A stretch of DNA of 61,500 bases, counting the filler, from Sphacelaria rigidula (lineage: Eukaryota), in NCBI GenBank assembly GCA_964200075.2. It is 8 parts of 8 records of this genome, joined end to end, with 100 filler letters (N's around TTAATTAATTAA, not from the genome) between each part and the next. Parts side by side here need not be neighbours in the genome. Positions count along the whole stretch, not along the records: positions 46,201 to 53,800 come from CAXNAA020014157.1; positions 53,901 to 61,500 come from CAXNAA020014158.1; 6 more parts are not named here. One strand, given 5' to 3'. The first letter of the stretch is position 1. The number at the start of each line of letters is the position of its first letter. This document shows, one piece after another, positions 47,636 to 59,962 of this stretch. Under the pieces are notes generated by a model that made no database searches, was not told the DNA's origin, and worked only from the letters and a program-made list of their open reading frames with translations. A program made the translations under genes and the position numbers.

Positions 47636-50600
47636 CTTATCGTAGAGCTCGGTCTTGAGATAGTACAGCGCCTGCCACACGACGTACAAGGCAATCGATG
47701 TCATCACATCTCCGGCGTCGACCCCTGCTGTGCACTCCGGCTCTGCACCCTCCTCCCCACCCCTCAGCGTGTCGAGGGGACACCAGCGCAGCGTGAGCGA
47801 CAACCAACCCGGGAACAGGTGGATATAGCATGACGTCATCTGGGTATGGAGATATACGCGCGGGGAGGGACAGTACAGATGTCAAATACCATATATACAC
47901 TTCTTGAAAAAATAGGAGCGCATTTTGGCGTCCTCGCATTTCGGCATTGATTAGGTCCTCTAGTCCGCCAAACTAATCACAAGTATTAAGACTGCAGCGA
48001 AGGAGCAAACAGAGGACGGATATTCTTTGCACTGATGCACTGCCTGGGGGAAAAAAAAGGTAGTCGGCGGCAAACACGGCATACCTTATCGACGTCGTGA
48101 AACACGAGGCTGTTCCTCCAGAGAGGCACCGCCCAGCACAACGGCCCCATGCTGTACATGAAGATGATCTTCTGAAGCCTACAATCGTGCGGCAATAGGA
48201 AGATGCCAAGAATGCAACACACCTGCTCGTTCGCGACCCCGGGTGTATTCGGCAAAACAAGAAAAAAATGGGGCGCGGTCAGTGACGCATTTTGAAACAC
48301 ATGGCGTTTCAGCTGCACTTGAAGGCGCAATGCGGCTGACGACGCCATGCTTGCTACCGCTGTACATCACAAGCTATCAACGGAATCCGAATGTTGTGAT
48401 GTTGCGACGAATCACAGCGCTTGATTCCATTCGGAAGGTGGGATGTTTAAGGGGAGAGGCAAAAACGTGGGGGGGGGGGGGGGGGGGGGGACTATTTTTT
48501 TTCTTCCCTCAAGTGGGGGGACCATTTACTTAAGCCTCCCCCCCGAGGCGAACAACGNNNNNNNNNNGCATTGAGAAGGGTAACTGAGGAGGTTTAGTGT
48601 GTGCATTGATGGGCTGGGGGGGTGGGAGTAAGGGCGGACTCATTTGTTGCTTGCCTCAAGTCGTGTGACCATTGACTTACGCATCCCTCTCGAGACGAAG
48701 CACCGCGTTGTGTGGAGGAGGGGCCGGAATAAATAAGGCGTAGTCATTATTGATTGGACACATCATGTTGGCTTCTACGGGGCGGTGTCGTCGACTGCAG
48801 GAGAAATAACGGTCTATGCCCTCCCCAAGTGAACAGGAGCATCGCAACAAGAGAGCGGCCCAAACTACTGCGAGCTAGTTATCTCCTGTGTGTATAACCC
48901 TTGGTGGCTGGGTTCCTTCCCAACTGTACACGTCGGCGAAACCAAAGAGCACCTGCACGTAGTAGCAGAAGTCGAGGTAAAAGAGATGCCACTTGCGCTG
49001 CACGTAGGAAGGGTACCGCATCCCGAGCAGCACGGGCACGATAACCGAGTACCACAACCAGAACCTTTCGGGTATTTCCAGCAGCACGTACTCGCTCACG
49101 ATCATGGTCAACACCTGCTCCGCAAACCAAAACACATGACATCCACGCAAAACGAACTTCCAATCAATGGATATACAGCTGATCAGGACGTGATACGGGT
49201 GAGCCATGCAACATGTTGGGCTGGGTGAACCACATATACACTTGCACGGTAGCAGCGGCAGCGGCACCTTGACCCTTAGACGGCGAGCAGGTCATCTGTC
49301 AAATCAGCATAAATTTTACTTGCAAACAGAATGCATGGCCCAAATGGACTTCCTTCGCGGTCTAAGGGTTAACTGGCATTGGTGGGCTTATCTGACGATG
49401 CCCTAGGCTATGTTGCTACGGAAGGATTTTATTTTCCTTCAGTTCAAGACAATATAACCCAGACAACAGTAACAGCAGGGAGGGGATGAACGGCGCAGGT
49501 GAGAATACGGTAGACCATGCAATGTACTTCACGAATGTAGCTCTCCTACCCCTCTTATTTGCCATATGGTGCTCGATTTGTTCTTCCAGGCACAGCCTTC
49601 ACACAACGTAGCTTCGCATACATCCAAGCTTCCTACGGTATATGTAGCAGCTGTAGCAACAGGGCAATCTGTTCCACAACACCGAAACCCTAGCGAACCC
49701 TGCCTCTCAACACCCTCTCCCATCGACGGCAGGGCTAGACTTACCCCGACGGTGAACGCCGCCTTGTCCATGAGGCGCATGACCGGAGGCTTGCTTCGTG
49801 TCTCTTCCAGATGTAATCGGACGCTCTTTTGCGGATCGCCTGTCACGACCTGTGACCACAAGAACATCAAAATAGGCAACGGGATACATGTCCATGTATA
49901 TACACAAGATGGGAAAGCACATGCAATCAACACACGGGAGACACGATGTTACATGCCTGATTTCCGGGGAGGGGTGTGTGTACTCATTTGTTGCTTGCCT
50001 TAGTCGTTTGGCCATTGACCACGCACCCCTTCCTGTTTGAAGCACCGCTCCTACTCCCCATATAGATACCTCCAACATTTGGGCGCTCATGACGTTTTAT
50101 ACATTACACAACGTTCTACATATCTTGACCCTTCCTGTTTCGCCGCCTGTGGCCACAATTTATTTTCTCATGTAGCGATTGTTTTCTCGCTACTGTCCAA
50201 TGTAGCAAACGATTTTAGGCCACCTTCGTTAACTTGGGTGAGGGGGGGCAAGGAAGACAGAAGCGAAGGAAGGACAAGACACGGCGGGATGGGCGAGATA
50301 AAACAAAAACAAGATTTGTTTTCAGAAGTATTTCGTAGCAGTAGCAGTGCAGAAATCGTCAGTTTGAAAGTGTTTGACTCAAACTATCGACGTACGCAAC
50401 CGAAAGAGCATATGACCAACAGCCTGATGTGCCCGTTCTCGAGAACTCGATGTTCAAAGGTAAAGGCGAGGCATAACCACCAAAACATCAAGATAGCGAA
50501 AGCAAAAAAAAGCTACAAGATCCAAAAATTAGGAAGGCGACGACGACAAAACCAACGAGCCATAGCACTCGAAGGCGCATGCCTTTCATCGTTGGTGCGA

Positions 50601-51684
50601 AATATTTTCAGAAGCCGAGGAGAAAAAAGGAACAACGAAGACTCAAAGAGAACACAAACGACCGCATGCATATCGCCTGCACTCTTCGACGCCGCCAAAC
50701 GTAGACGGGTCATTTGATCATCGTATTGCACAATATACGCGTGATAATATTGCCGACAAAATCCACGACAAGTATTTTGACTTGCCGACCGATCTCTCTC
50801 CCTAAGAGACTGATTGCAGCATATTGAGTGGGTCCTCTCACCTTACGGATCTTTCCACGAACTTCCTTCCGGCGTTTGTCGAGCGGAGCAGCAATCTGGG
50901 GGAACAAGTTCGAGCGAGATTTCCCATTTGGACGTTACCGAAACACGGGAGCGAGGGCGAGGGCAAAAAAAAACACAGAAGTACATGTGCGGTGAGAGGA
51001 GAGATGACGCGTTGGACAAGTAAACAAGAAAGCAGAATCAACGACCATGCTCCCCCCAGTCCAGCGATATGTCGTGCAAATCGAACCGCGTCGCTCTGTA
51101 CCATACCGTACCGTTGACTCGGTCAAAATCCTACGTCACCCCAGAAATAAAGTTTAGTCCTGGGTGCAATCTGGGGCGACGTGATCAAAGATGCCATATA
51201 CATGTGCCATATATACTACGTTCTCTATGGAGCACGACAAATGCAGCTTATGTGTGGTTCAAACATCTGTCGAATTTTGTCTGCTTTGGTTAATATCGCG
51301 CAAGGCGAAGAAAACATGACGAACCATTCCCCGTGTTTTCGGGATATTTCAAAGCTGCACCGTTGACAGTACCGCTGGGCGAGTACCAACGGTAACTCAA
51401 CCAAAGGTGCGGGCTTCGAACGTCGAAACTCGTCACTCGGTACACTTGAGGTACTGTTCGTCGCCTCACCAATATCTTGGGCCTTAAAAACAAATGTTAT
51501 CGAACACTCGAGTTGGTAAAAATAATAATAATAATCATAATAACCCATATAGGGTCTGCCCGTTAACCGCCGAGCATCTCTCACGAGTAAGATGAGTGCT
51601 TACCTTAGACTGCAGCCTGCGGGGTGCCGTAGTAGTTTCTTCGATCAAGCCCCGAAGCCGCTGCCGCTGACGGTTGACAGTATT
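47636..51684 (-). CDS. GPC1: Glycerophosphocholine acyltransferase (GPC1/GPCAT, DUF2838 family), partial
   Basis: Phase-0 exons 50895-50842, 49849-49745 (..DKAAFTVG), 49114-48953 (..RYPSY..KWHLFYLDFCYY), 48222-48085 (GPLCWAVPLWRNSLVFHDVDK) and 47839-47636 (MTSCYIHLFP..LRW..YVVWQALY). Less certain 5' exons are 51684-51604 and 51482-51387. Confidence 0.9.
48632..48705 (-). repeat. Structured short dispersed element, copy G (GPC1 intron)
   Basis: Reverse strand GTGCTTCGTCTC-GAGA-GGGATGCGTAAGTCAATGGTCACACGACTTGAGGC...GAGTCC. Confidence 0.8.
49273..49368. mobile_element. piggyBac-like MITE (~96 bp)
   Basis: TTGA|CCCTTAGACGGCGA...TCGCGGTCTAAGGG|TTAA. Confidence 0.75.
49964..50047 (-). repeat. Structured short dispersed element, copy H (GPC1 intron)
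   Basis: CCGGGGAGGGGTGTGTGTACTCATTTGTTGCTTGCCTTAGTCG...GAAGCACCG. Confidence 0.78.
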
Positions 51685-52659
51685 CTGCTCCCCACCCACC
51701 CACGCCCCCACAAATATCACGCAACAGTGCACGAGTAAGTTACCGTCAGCCAGACCAGGCGCAGCAGAGTCAGGGCAACGTAGATCGGGTCTGCCCACCA
51801 GAACTATCAATGGTGCACCTGTGAGGCTACCCTTAGGCAGAAACTGATGTCACCGATGATGGCGCCAGCCACATGCCAACAACCATCCAAGATGGTCCTT
51901 GTACATGAGGCAGTTCTCCTAAGCACCGAACCAAGAATCTCTTTTTAGGGCAAACGAAAGTGCACAAAGAAGTCGCTACATCGTGGTCGGTGACAACATG
52001 GTACAGGCACAGGTGAGAAGAGTCAACAGTTTATACAAGCGGGGGACGACGGACAAACTGGTCAGGTACAAAACCCCACCCGAGCGGGTCTCACGTATTA
52101 TCACCAACCGCAAGACAGAAAAAATAAAAAAGTAGCCCGTCCGTGTGACGCATTGCGGAATTTTTGTCTAGTGCTTACCTCTTCACTTGTTGTGGTGGCA
52201 TCTTTATGTGATACCGTCCACGTACTTGGTGGAGGCATGTACAACACGTGCAGTGCGGTGGCGTCTATCGTCACCCTCACATGCATTACCCGCAAAACTC
52301 TTCGAGGATGCACTGCACCGGGGGTACGTACATTTTTTTCGAAAACGCGATCGTCATAATACCATGTGACGAAACATGTCTTCGATCACTCGACAGCGTC
52401 TATACGAGACAAAAGCCATCCTCACGACACACATTTCAGTCATGGAGTATAGCGTACCGTACTACAGTACTTGTCGCAATAACCAATCGACGTTGGAAAA
52501 TGGCCATTCTCCACCTGCGTTTCGAAAGGGGACTGAACTGCTTCAGGACGGGTTACTTCGCGCTCCCAAGCGCGATTAAGAAGTCCTCGAGACAACGTCA
52601 AGACAATCTATGAATCTTTCGCCAGAATCCTCGGGATTAGATCTGAGGGTCCACGGCGG

Positions 52660-53275
52660 CGTTGACCGTTTGTTAATGAAAATGAAAATTTGCCCTCCGA
52701 AAGTGAAATCGCGGCCGTCGGAAAACGCAAAGGTGTTCTGGAAATATCTAAACGGGTATACCAAGTCATTCCAAGGTGTCAACATCCACCTAGCCCTCTT
52801 TCACGGCGTAAAACGACGCAGGACCAAAAAGCCAGTTTTTATAAATGAGTCACTTCTCAGGTGTAAAAAAAAACTTCTTGAAAAGTGCATTTCGGCCCGT
52901 CTCCGTCGTTTTTCGCCCGAGAAGAGAGTTAGGCGGATGTTGACTTGTTGGAATGACTTGCTCTACTCGTGGAAACCGTCCCAGGGTACCTTTGCGTTTT
53001 CCGTAGATCACATTTTTGTTTTCGGCAAAACTCGCATTTTCAATAGCAAACGGTCAAGTTATAAAAATGCAGGAGACAGTTATATATAACTTGATCGAAT
53101 CGTTTGTTATTGAAAATGCGAGTTTGGCCAAAAACAAAAATGTGACCTACGGGAAACGCAAAGGTGTCCTGGAACGGTCTCGACGGGTACAGCAAGTCAT
53201 AGCCAAGTGTCCACATCCGCCTAGCCCTCTTTCAAGGCGTCAAACGACGCAGAAGGACCAAAAATACAGTTTTTA
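52660..53275. repeat. Foldback array: three ~190-bp units in direct-inverted-direct order
   Basis: AAACGCAAAGGTG..CAAGTCAT..CATCCRCCTAGCCCTCTTTCA..AAACGACGCAG occurs forward at ~52720-52840, reversed at ~52890-53060 and forward at ~53085-53275. Confidence 0.88.
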
Positions 53276-53293
53276 ACCGTTTTTTCTTTTTTA

Positions 53294-53800
53294 CAGGCTG
53301 GGCTAGCTGACAGTGATTTTTTAGTGTATTCTGGAGATGCTATCGGTGATTCGAAGAGTTAGACACTAAAATTTTGACAAAACATTTTGATGATCACTAC
53401 ACAACGTTTCTGGGGATGCCAAGAAAAAAAACAGGAAGTTACAGTGATTTGAAGTTTCTGCAAAAAGTATTGTATAGAAAAATGCTAGAACTCCGTGAAA
53501 AAAATAAATGCCGAGGCATCCCCAGAAATGTTGTGCGTCCTTGTGTGGAGGATATCCTGGTGCAATTTCGGCCAAAAATCTTGGAATTTCGGCACAGCAT
53601 CCATTTTTTCGTGTGGCACGGCTGCGCCCCCGTGGTCAAACTGGTAAAACTACCTCTTACTACAGAGGTCACGAGTTCGAATCCCGACATGACCATTTTG
53701 GTTTTGCGCATAATCTGGCATAGCGCCTTGCATCTGTGGGGTGTATAGCGCGGTTTGAGGTAGTACTTCTCCCTCTTACGGTGGTAAATGACCGCCGGCT
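53294..53800. mobile_element. TA-flanked TIR element related to 16955-17564 (right end beyond spacer)
   Basis: TA|CAGGCTGGGCTAGC left end. Shares AATTTCRGC, GCATC..TTTTCGTGTG.CAC.GC and the tRNA-like block. Confidence 0.7.
53626..53699 (+). ncRNA. tRNA-like Pol III cassette inside TIR element
   Basis: A box TGGTCAAACTGG, ACCTCT-TACTAC-AGAGGT hairpin, B box AGTTCGAATCC, then TTTT. Confidence 0.55.
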
Positions 53801-54000
53801 NNNNNNNNNNNNNNNNNNNNNNNNNNNNNNNNNNNNNNNNNNNNTTAATTAATTAANNNNNNNNNNNNNNNNNNNNNNNNNNNNNNNNNNNNNNNNNNNN
53901 AAAATCCATCCGGACCCAACTGGATCAAAACGAGAAATTTTCACTTGACTCAATTCCACCGCTCGTTTTTTCGATCGAAAAAAAAAGCGCGAAGACACGC

Positions 54001-54174
54001 TCTTAGCACATCATTTTTCGATCGAAAAAATGCTGTGAAGAACAAAAATCCCGATCTGATAGGTCGTGATTTCAACCATCTTTAGAACAAACGACGGTGG
54101 TTGAAGTTACGACCTATCAGATCGGAGTTCTCCTTTTCCGCAGCACATTTTCAATCGAAAATAGTGTGCTAAGA
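54001..54174. repeat. Long imperfect inverted repeat (~80-bp stem)
   Basis: TCTTAGCACA..TTTTCGATCGAAAA..CCGATCTGATAGGTCGTGATTTCAACCA pairs with TGGTTGAAGTTACGACCTATCAGATCGG..TTTTCAATCGAAAA..TGTGCTAAGA. Confidence 0.88.
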
Positions 54175-55651
54175 CACGCCCTCATCAAGAACAAAACGAA
54201 TCGAATTGATCATAACGAGGCCGTATCTGATACGTCCACAGCATTTATGTTCTCAGATGGCTTCAAGTCCATTTTACAGTTTTTTGCGCGCGATGGGCAG
54301 GGTCAAAAACAGAAAATCTTCGCGTTTTCGAGCGAAACGAGCCGCGGAAATAAACGAAGGGGCACATGACTTTTAGGTTGCAAGTAACCATGCCAGACAC
54401 CACCCTTTCACAGAACTATGCTAAACGCATATGGTTCATTCGCAGCTACCAACTCGACCCTACAGACTAGATCGCTTACTGAGCGTAGGGAAACGTATGC
54501 TTCAGTGATAGGGAAGCGATACCACCACCCTCTTGGCATGCTGTGTTTCTCTTTTGTTGCAGAAAACCTGGTTATCTAATTTTGTGGTGGGGTCCACCGA
54601 CGGAGTGGCGTGTTGGGGTGGGCGACCGAATTGCGAACACGATCATGGAAAGTAGAAGCAGTGCAAAACTGCACGCGGTTCAAATCTTCTTCACACCCTC
54701 CTGTATTTAGAGTATAGATAGCTCTGTCTGCATGTCACGCTGCCCGCTTCTTTTCCACATCGCGCCTGCATGCTGTACGAAACGCATACACTATGCATAC
54801 AGACAGTACAAGCAGCACTACTACTGTCTGTCATAAATACAAGTAAACAAGTACCGCTTCACGGATTTCCCTTGGCCTTTTCGATCCAAAGCGTGCAAAT
54901 TCGCTCGGACCCATACTCAACAAAGCGAAATGAATGAGTTTCACCGCACGAACTCGTTCGAGTCGAATTTGTTTTTGTAAGACAAGGCCTCAGATGTAAC
55001 TCCGCATTTTTTTTTTAGTATTTAGATGTTGGAGGGACAAGAAAAAACAGAAACAACGTGGATTCCCGACGGCTATACAGTATGGATCAAGATATACCAA
55101 GTACAGCCTCAGTACAGCCAGTATGCGGTAGTAGCTCTTAGGCCTGCGGCCATGTGCAATAGTGACAACCACGATGGTGCTGAATATCCTGAACCCTGGG
55201 TACGGTTCGAAGCCAGCAGGCGAGGACGCCAATTCCTGCAGGAGAAAGAAGCACTGTCTGTCGAAATGACATGGACAGTCAGGTCTGTTGCTCCGCTCAG
55301 CGCTTGTTTTGGCTGTGCCCTGCCTGACGGGCGGACGACGTCCGCGCTGTTTGTTTGGATATCAATTTGTCGGTCACGTGACAGAGTGGGTTGTTGAGGT
55401 ACTCTCGCGCAAACAGGCACTTGAAATGCAACGACAGGCAATTTGGGCAACTATTTCTATGTGCGATCTCGTGCGTCATGTATGGTTTCCTCCTCCTGTG
55501 TTTTGGGTGTTTCGCACGCTGCTTTGAGTTTCGAGTATACCTCGGCGCTTGCTTGATGCTCGAGAAAGAAAGGATCTGAGCATTGCCAACGCTCTTGTAT
55601 TTCTTTCCCAGCAGCACTACAGCAACTCTCTACTGCTGCTGTTGCCATTTT

Positions 55652-55653
55652 TA

Positions 55654-55691
<38 letters not shown>

Positions 55692-55700
55692 ATTACTACC
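55652..55700. repeat. (TAC)n(TGC)n compound microsatellite
   Basis: Direct inspection. Confidence 0.9.
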
Positions 55701-56292
55701 ACTCCTACTCCTGCAGTACTGCTTTGTTGTCGCAATTCACCCAACGATTACCATACAGATGGTAGCAGCCACAAAACACTGCGATCATGCTCATCATGCT
55801 GGGCTCGCTGCAGTACATGGTCTCAGTGGTATATTGGGACAGAAAATGTTTCCTCAGGCATCGATTTCGGCCAATGGAAATGCATTTCGGTTGCAACGCA
55901 TGGTAGGACATGCACCAATCTAAGCACGTCTCAGATGTAATCACGGCGCAGCCCCTATCGATGAATTGCCTTTCCCATCGATTCCTCCTTCCCATCCGGA
56001 GTTCCCGCGTCCCCTAACGGCAGCGAGACGCCTCCCTCGAAGCCACACCTTGAGTACGTTTCCGCCCTCAATTTTTTCACCTAGGACGGCGCGCTATACC
56101 CCCAAGCTTGTCACCAAAACGTTCCTACGATCGAGAAGCTGGGAACAGCCTATGCGTTTTCTGGGCGCCTTAGGGCGAGCTTTGAGAATCTTTCATGTTA
56201 CATTGTCATAAACATGGGTTGCTCAAGCGTCCAGATTCCCTCGGACGTCCCCTCCACACTGGCCTTACCACCTGATCTCTTCCATCCGCCAG

Positions 56293-59200
56293 GTCAGTCA
56301 TCCACTGCTTCCATCGCAAGCCGTCCACGACCCCATGTCCAAGCTCATTACCGCCGCCGACTCATACAGCGGGGGTGGTATACGAGTCGGAGTCGGGATT
56401 GGGGGCAATAATCACCAGGATATCGGCGGCGGCGTGGCCGTTCTCATGCAAGAAGAGCGAAGCGGAGTCACGGAGGCGGTGGTCGAGGAAACGCAAACCA
56501 ACTTGGCCCGCTTGCTCGGGGCCATCTGGCGAAAACTTCGAGAAGAAAGCGCGTTATTGGATTTTTTCTTGAAGAGACCGGACCGCACGGTCACGGCTGG
56601 CGAGAGTGCGGCCTGGAGCGTCGGAAAGTCCGTATCAGCGTTCGAGGGTGGGGAAGACACGCTGACAACCGCTAGCGACGACGGTGATGTGAGGACAAGT
56701 CATCTCTCTGAGACCGCCCGAGTCTTCAGCATCGACGTGTTCAGCAGCTTGCTACCTCTGCTGGAGCTCCCGGGGAGAGCGGGTCTCCACGCGCGGGAGG
56801 CCTGCTTGGTGGCGCTCAGCGTTAAGGACAGCAGGATCGGGACGTTCGTCGGCGGCCGAACCCAGTTTTGTACGCAGCTCTCGCGATCGCTAACAGCCCG
56901 GTACCTCGCTCTTTACGATACCCTCGAAGATCTGCAGACGGCAGCAGCCTTGGTGTTGAACGGTGAAGCAGCGGAAGGGGAGAGAAAAAAGGAGATTTCG
57001 CCGGTGGACCGATCGCCCGTCGCCACAGAGCAGGTCGAGGAAGCCGAAGCCACATTTTCGGAATCTCTATCGCTCTTTCTGCAGCACCTCAAGTTCTGCA
57101 ATGCAGTTGGGCTGGTCGCTGCCGGCACGCGCGCGGCGTGTACGCGACCACCGCCGTCGCCCTCCCGGCCGCTCTCGTGCGTCAACGGCAGCGATGGCGG
57201 TGGTTTGGACAGCAAGGGGGACATCGCCACGTCGTCCGCGGCGACGGAAAGCCACGACGCCGACTTCGCCGACCTCGGCGATGTCGCTTCCTCGCTGGTG
57301 TCGCAGGTTCGACGTATGCTGCTGGGCGAAGCCATAGGGCCGGCGCTGTCGAGCGCCCTGGAGAGCCGTGCGGGTATCGCTCAGGCAATTGCGGCGCGGA
57401 TGATTACGGAACTGTCGGCGGGCGTCGAAGGTTACGGCGTCGCAGTGGCCGGGATTGCCGCTAGTATGGGCGAAGACGGGTGTCGGCGGCAGCTCGGGCC
57501 GCTGCTGGACGAAGTATCGCTGTTCCTGGTCGGGCGAGAAAATTCTTGGCCAACAAGTGGCCACGATAAGGTAGAGTGGGAGGGTTCGAACTCCGCTGGC
57601 GACGAAGATTCAATTCGCAGTTACAGCCGCGGCGGCGGGAGGGTAACGGGACGGGATACATTGTTACACAGAGTGGTGTCATCCTCTCCATTGTTGCGGG
57701 TGTCCACCCTCGAGCTCGTAGCATCTTTGGCGGAGCTGCGACACGACCGCGTACTTCTCGATCTCGTCCTTGTACCAAAGCAAAAAGCTGCGCCACCAGA
57801 TGCGAAGGCGGCGCCAGTGCCGATGCCCGAGGGGGAGGCGGTACATGGACAACGAGAGGAGGACGGAATGCAAGCGCTGCTAGAGCCCGGCGGGCCGCTC
57901 GAGGATCTGAGAGTCACACGTGCGATGGTCGATTCGTTTGGCGCGGCCTTTGTCGGGTCCCCGATCCACCCCGATTTCCGACGTTTTGCTTCGCATGTTA
58001 GCCTGGAGAGGTACCTCGTACAGGCGCACCAGAGGCAGATCCAGCAGCTCATGACGGAGGCCCGAGTTAGCCATGCGAACGAGGCCGGCAGCGAGCTTGA
58101 ACTTGAGAGGACCTCGCGGCTTGTGAGCAGAGCGAGTAATGTGCACGTTGATGACATGCGCACACCGAGCGCAGATGCTAGGGGCTCTATTGTGAAAGAC
58201 GGAGGGATTGAAAGCGGTGGAAGACAAGCCGAACTTGACGGTGTGGGCCGAGAAGGACCAGGGGCGGCCGAGCGTCTGATCATGATGGAGGTGTTCGATG
58301 CCGAAGGGTTTGCGAGACGGCACGGGGCGACACTCGCCGCGTGTGCTGACTCACCCGGATCTTTCCTACACGCATTATTCGATTGCTTGGAGGTACGTGT
58401 TGTGTATGTGGTTCGGCAGCTGAAGGCTGCAACACTGCCTCCCCACCTTGTGCTGTGCGTGCCGGATTCTTTTGTGCCTTCCGTTTCGGGAGATCATGGT
58501 GGGAAGGGGAGACTACTGTGTTAAATGCTGTATCCAAGAACTCGTCCGTTAAACTTGCGATCTCGTTTGTACCACACCATATAGTCGGCATTCAGCCTCA
58601 CTTCCCGTGTACTAGTGCGGCAAAGAAACCAACAAACAAACGTTTATGCGCAGGCCATCTTCGAGCGCACGCTAGACGAGAACGTGGCGCTGACTGGGGT
58701 GCTCAGTAGCCTCTGCTTGGCGGCAACGGCGACGGAAGTCTCCCCCGTTCGACGTCTTCTGCTGGTTTTACTGTTCGACGAAACCGAAGATGCACCGTTC
58801 CGCAGGTATGCGTATAGTACTGCATGATGCCATGCCCGCGGTTTGTTGGCGATAGGATGCGAGCTCAACTTCTTTCATCAGCAGGTCCAACAGGCCGCGA
58901 ACAGATATCGCTAGTTTTCCCCTCCCGTCGTCTTGATTTCACAAAACCCCTCGTGGTGCCCCTATGAAGAGTCAAGTCGGTCTGCCCCGACCATTGAAGC
59001 TCTGCGCCGGCCTTTGAACTGGTCGCCCGCGTCTCGAAATTCCCTCTGATAGCCCCCCGTCCCCCGCCACCTGCACCATAATTCCACGTGCAATTGATTT
59101 CTGCAGTATGCGGAGGCTGCTTCAAAAGCTGTGGGTCTCCGCACAAGCTCGCGTTGCTTCGCTGCCGAACGCCCCCCGGCTGCTGGCCAGGGCGCGGGCT

Positions 59201-59962
59201 TCGCTTGGCATGGCCGCCGGAGATTTCTTGGGTCCCTCCTCCGACGAAGACGAAGACGAGGTAGAAGTGGAGGGCATCGGTACCGTCAGCATCATGAAGG
59301 GTAAGAGTGAGAGCGTCAACCACAAGGACAATATTCGCAGTAAGGGACGAAAAAGCACTACTCGGAAAAGCGGTACTTCGGGGGCGCAAACGGCAGCGGA
59401 ACGAGGAGCAGAAACAAGCGCAAAAGCCGTGGATAATCATGACCATGATGGAGTGGGGGGCAGCGGCTGTGGCGAGCAGCGGGGGAGGGGGGACGGGGAG
59501 GATGCTGGAGAAGAAGGCCGACGGGGTGGTGGTGGTCACAGTGGTTGTGGTCGGAGATGGGCATCGCGCGAGCAGGCGCGGTTTTTGGAGACGTATGTGT
59601 TCCTCGAGGAGTTCTTGAAGGAGTTGTTTTGTGTCCTGCAGGCGAAGAGCTGCGTGGAAACGGACGCGCGGGGGCTGTCCGAGTCGCATCGACAGGAGAC
59701 GAAACGAGCGCTGCAGCGGTTGCCCTCCGCGGAGGAGGGATGTCATCGTATGGATCCCTTGGCGGTAGGAGGGGCCGAGCTTGGCGATGATGAAGAGGAG
59801 ATGGAAGAGGAGGATAGCGGAGAAGAGGGAGATGGCTCAGGAGGGGAAGGAGCTGGAAGTGCGCTGGGCAAGGAGATGGAGCTCGTTGTGGAGGAACTTC
59901 CGACGTCTATCGACGAGTTCTTGCGAGCTGCAGAGTTTCCGACGTTTGCGTCTCCTCCCTGA
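56293..59962 (+). CDS. FHIP: FHF complex subunit HOOK-interacting protein (FHIP/FAM160, RAI16-like), 3' three exons
   Basis: Exons 56293-58392, 58654-58805 and 59107-59962 join in frame. Motifs VSHPLL..VHDPMSKLI, G..AREACL, FL..LFDCLE..NVALTGVLSSL and FLEEFLKEL..QA are typical of the family. Confidence 0.82.

Noticed and set aside
53626-53699. Functional tRNA genes (also 17297 and 15401)
   Set aside because: No acceptor-stem pairing and no 7-nt anticodon loop; only the promoter boxes are conserved.
55125-55230. Possible SINE/Pol III unit (GGTTCGAAGCC)
   Set aside because: Only a B-box-like motif with a weak A box, and no second copy or TSD in the window.
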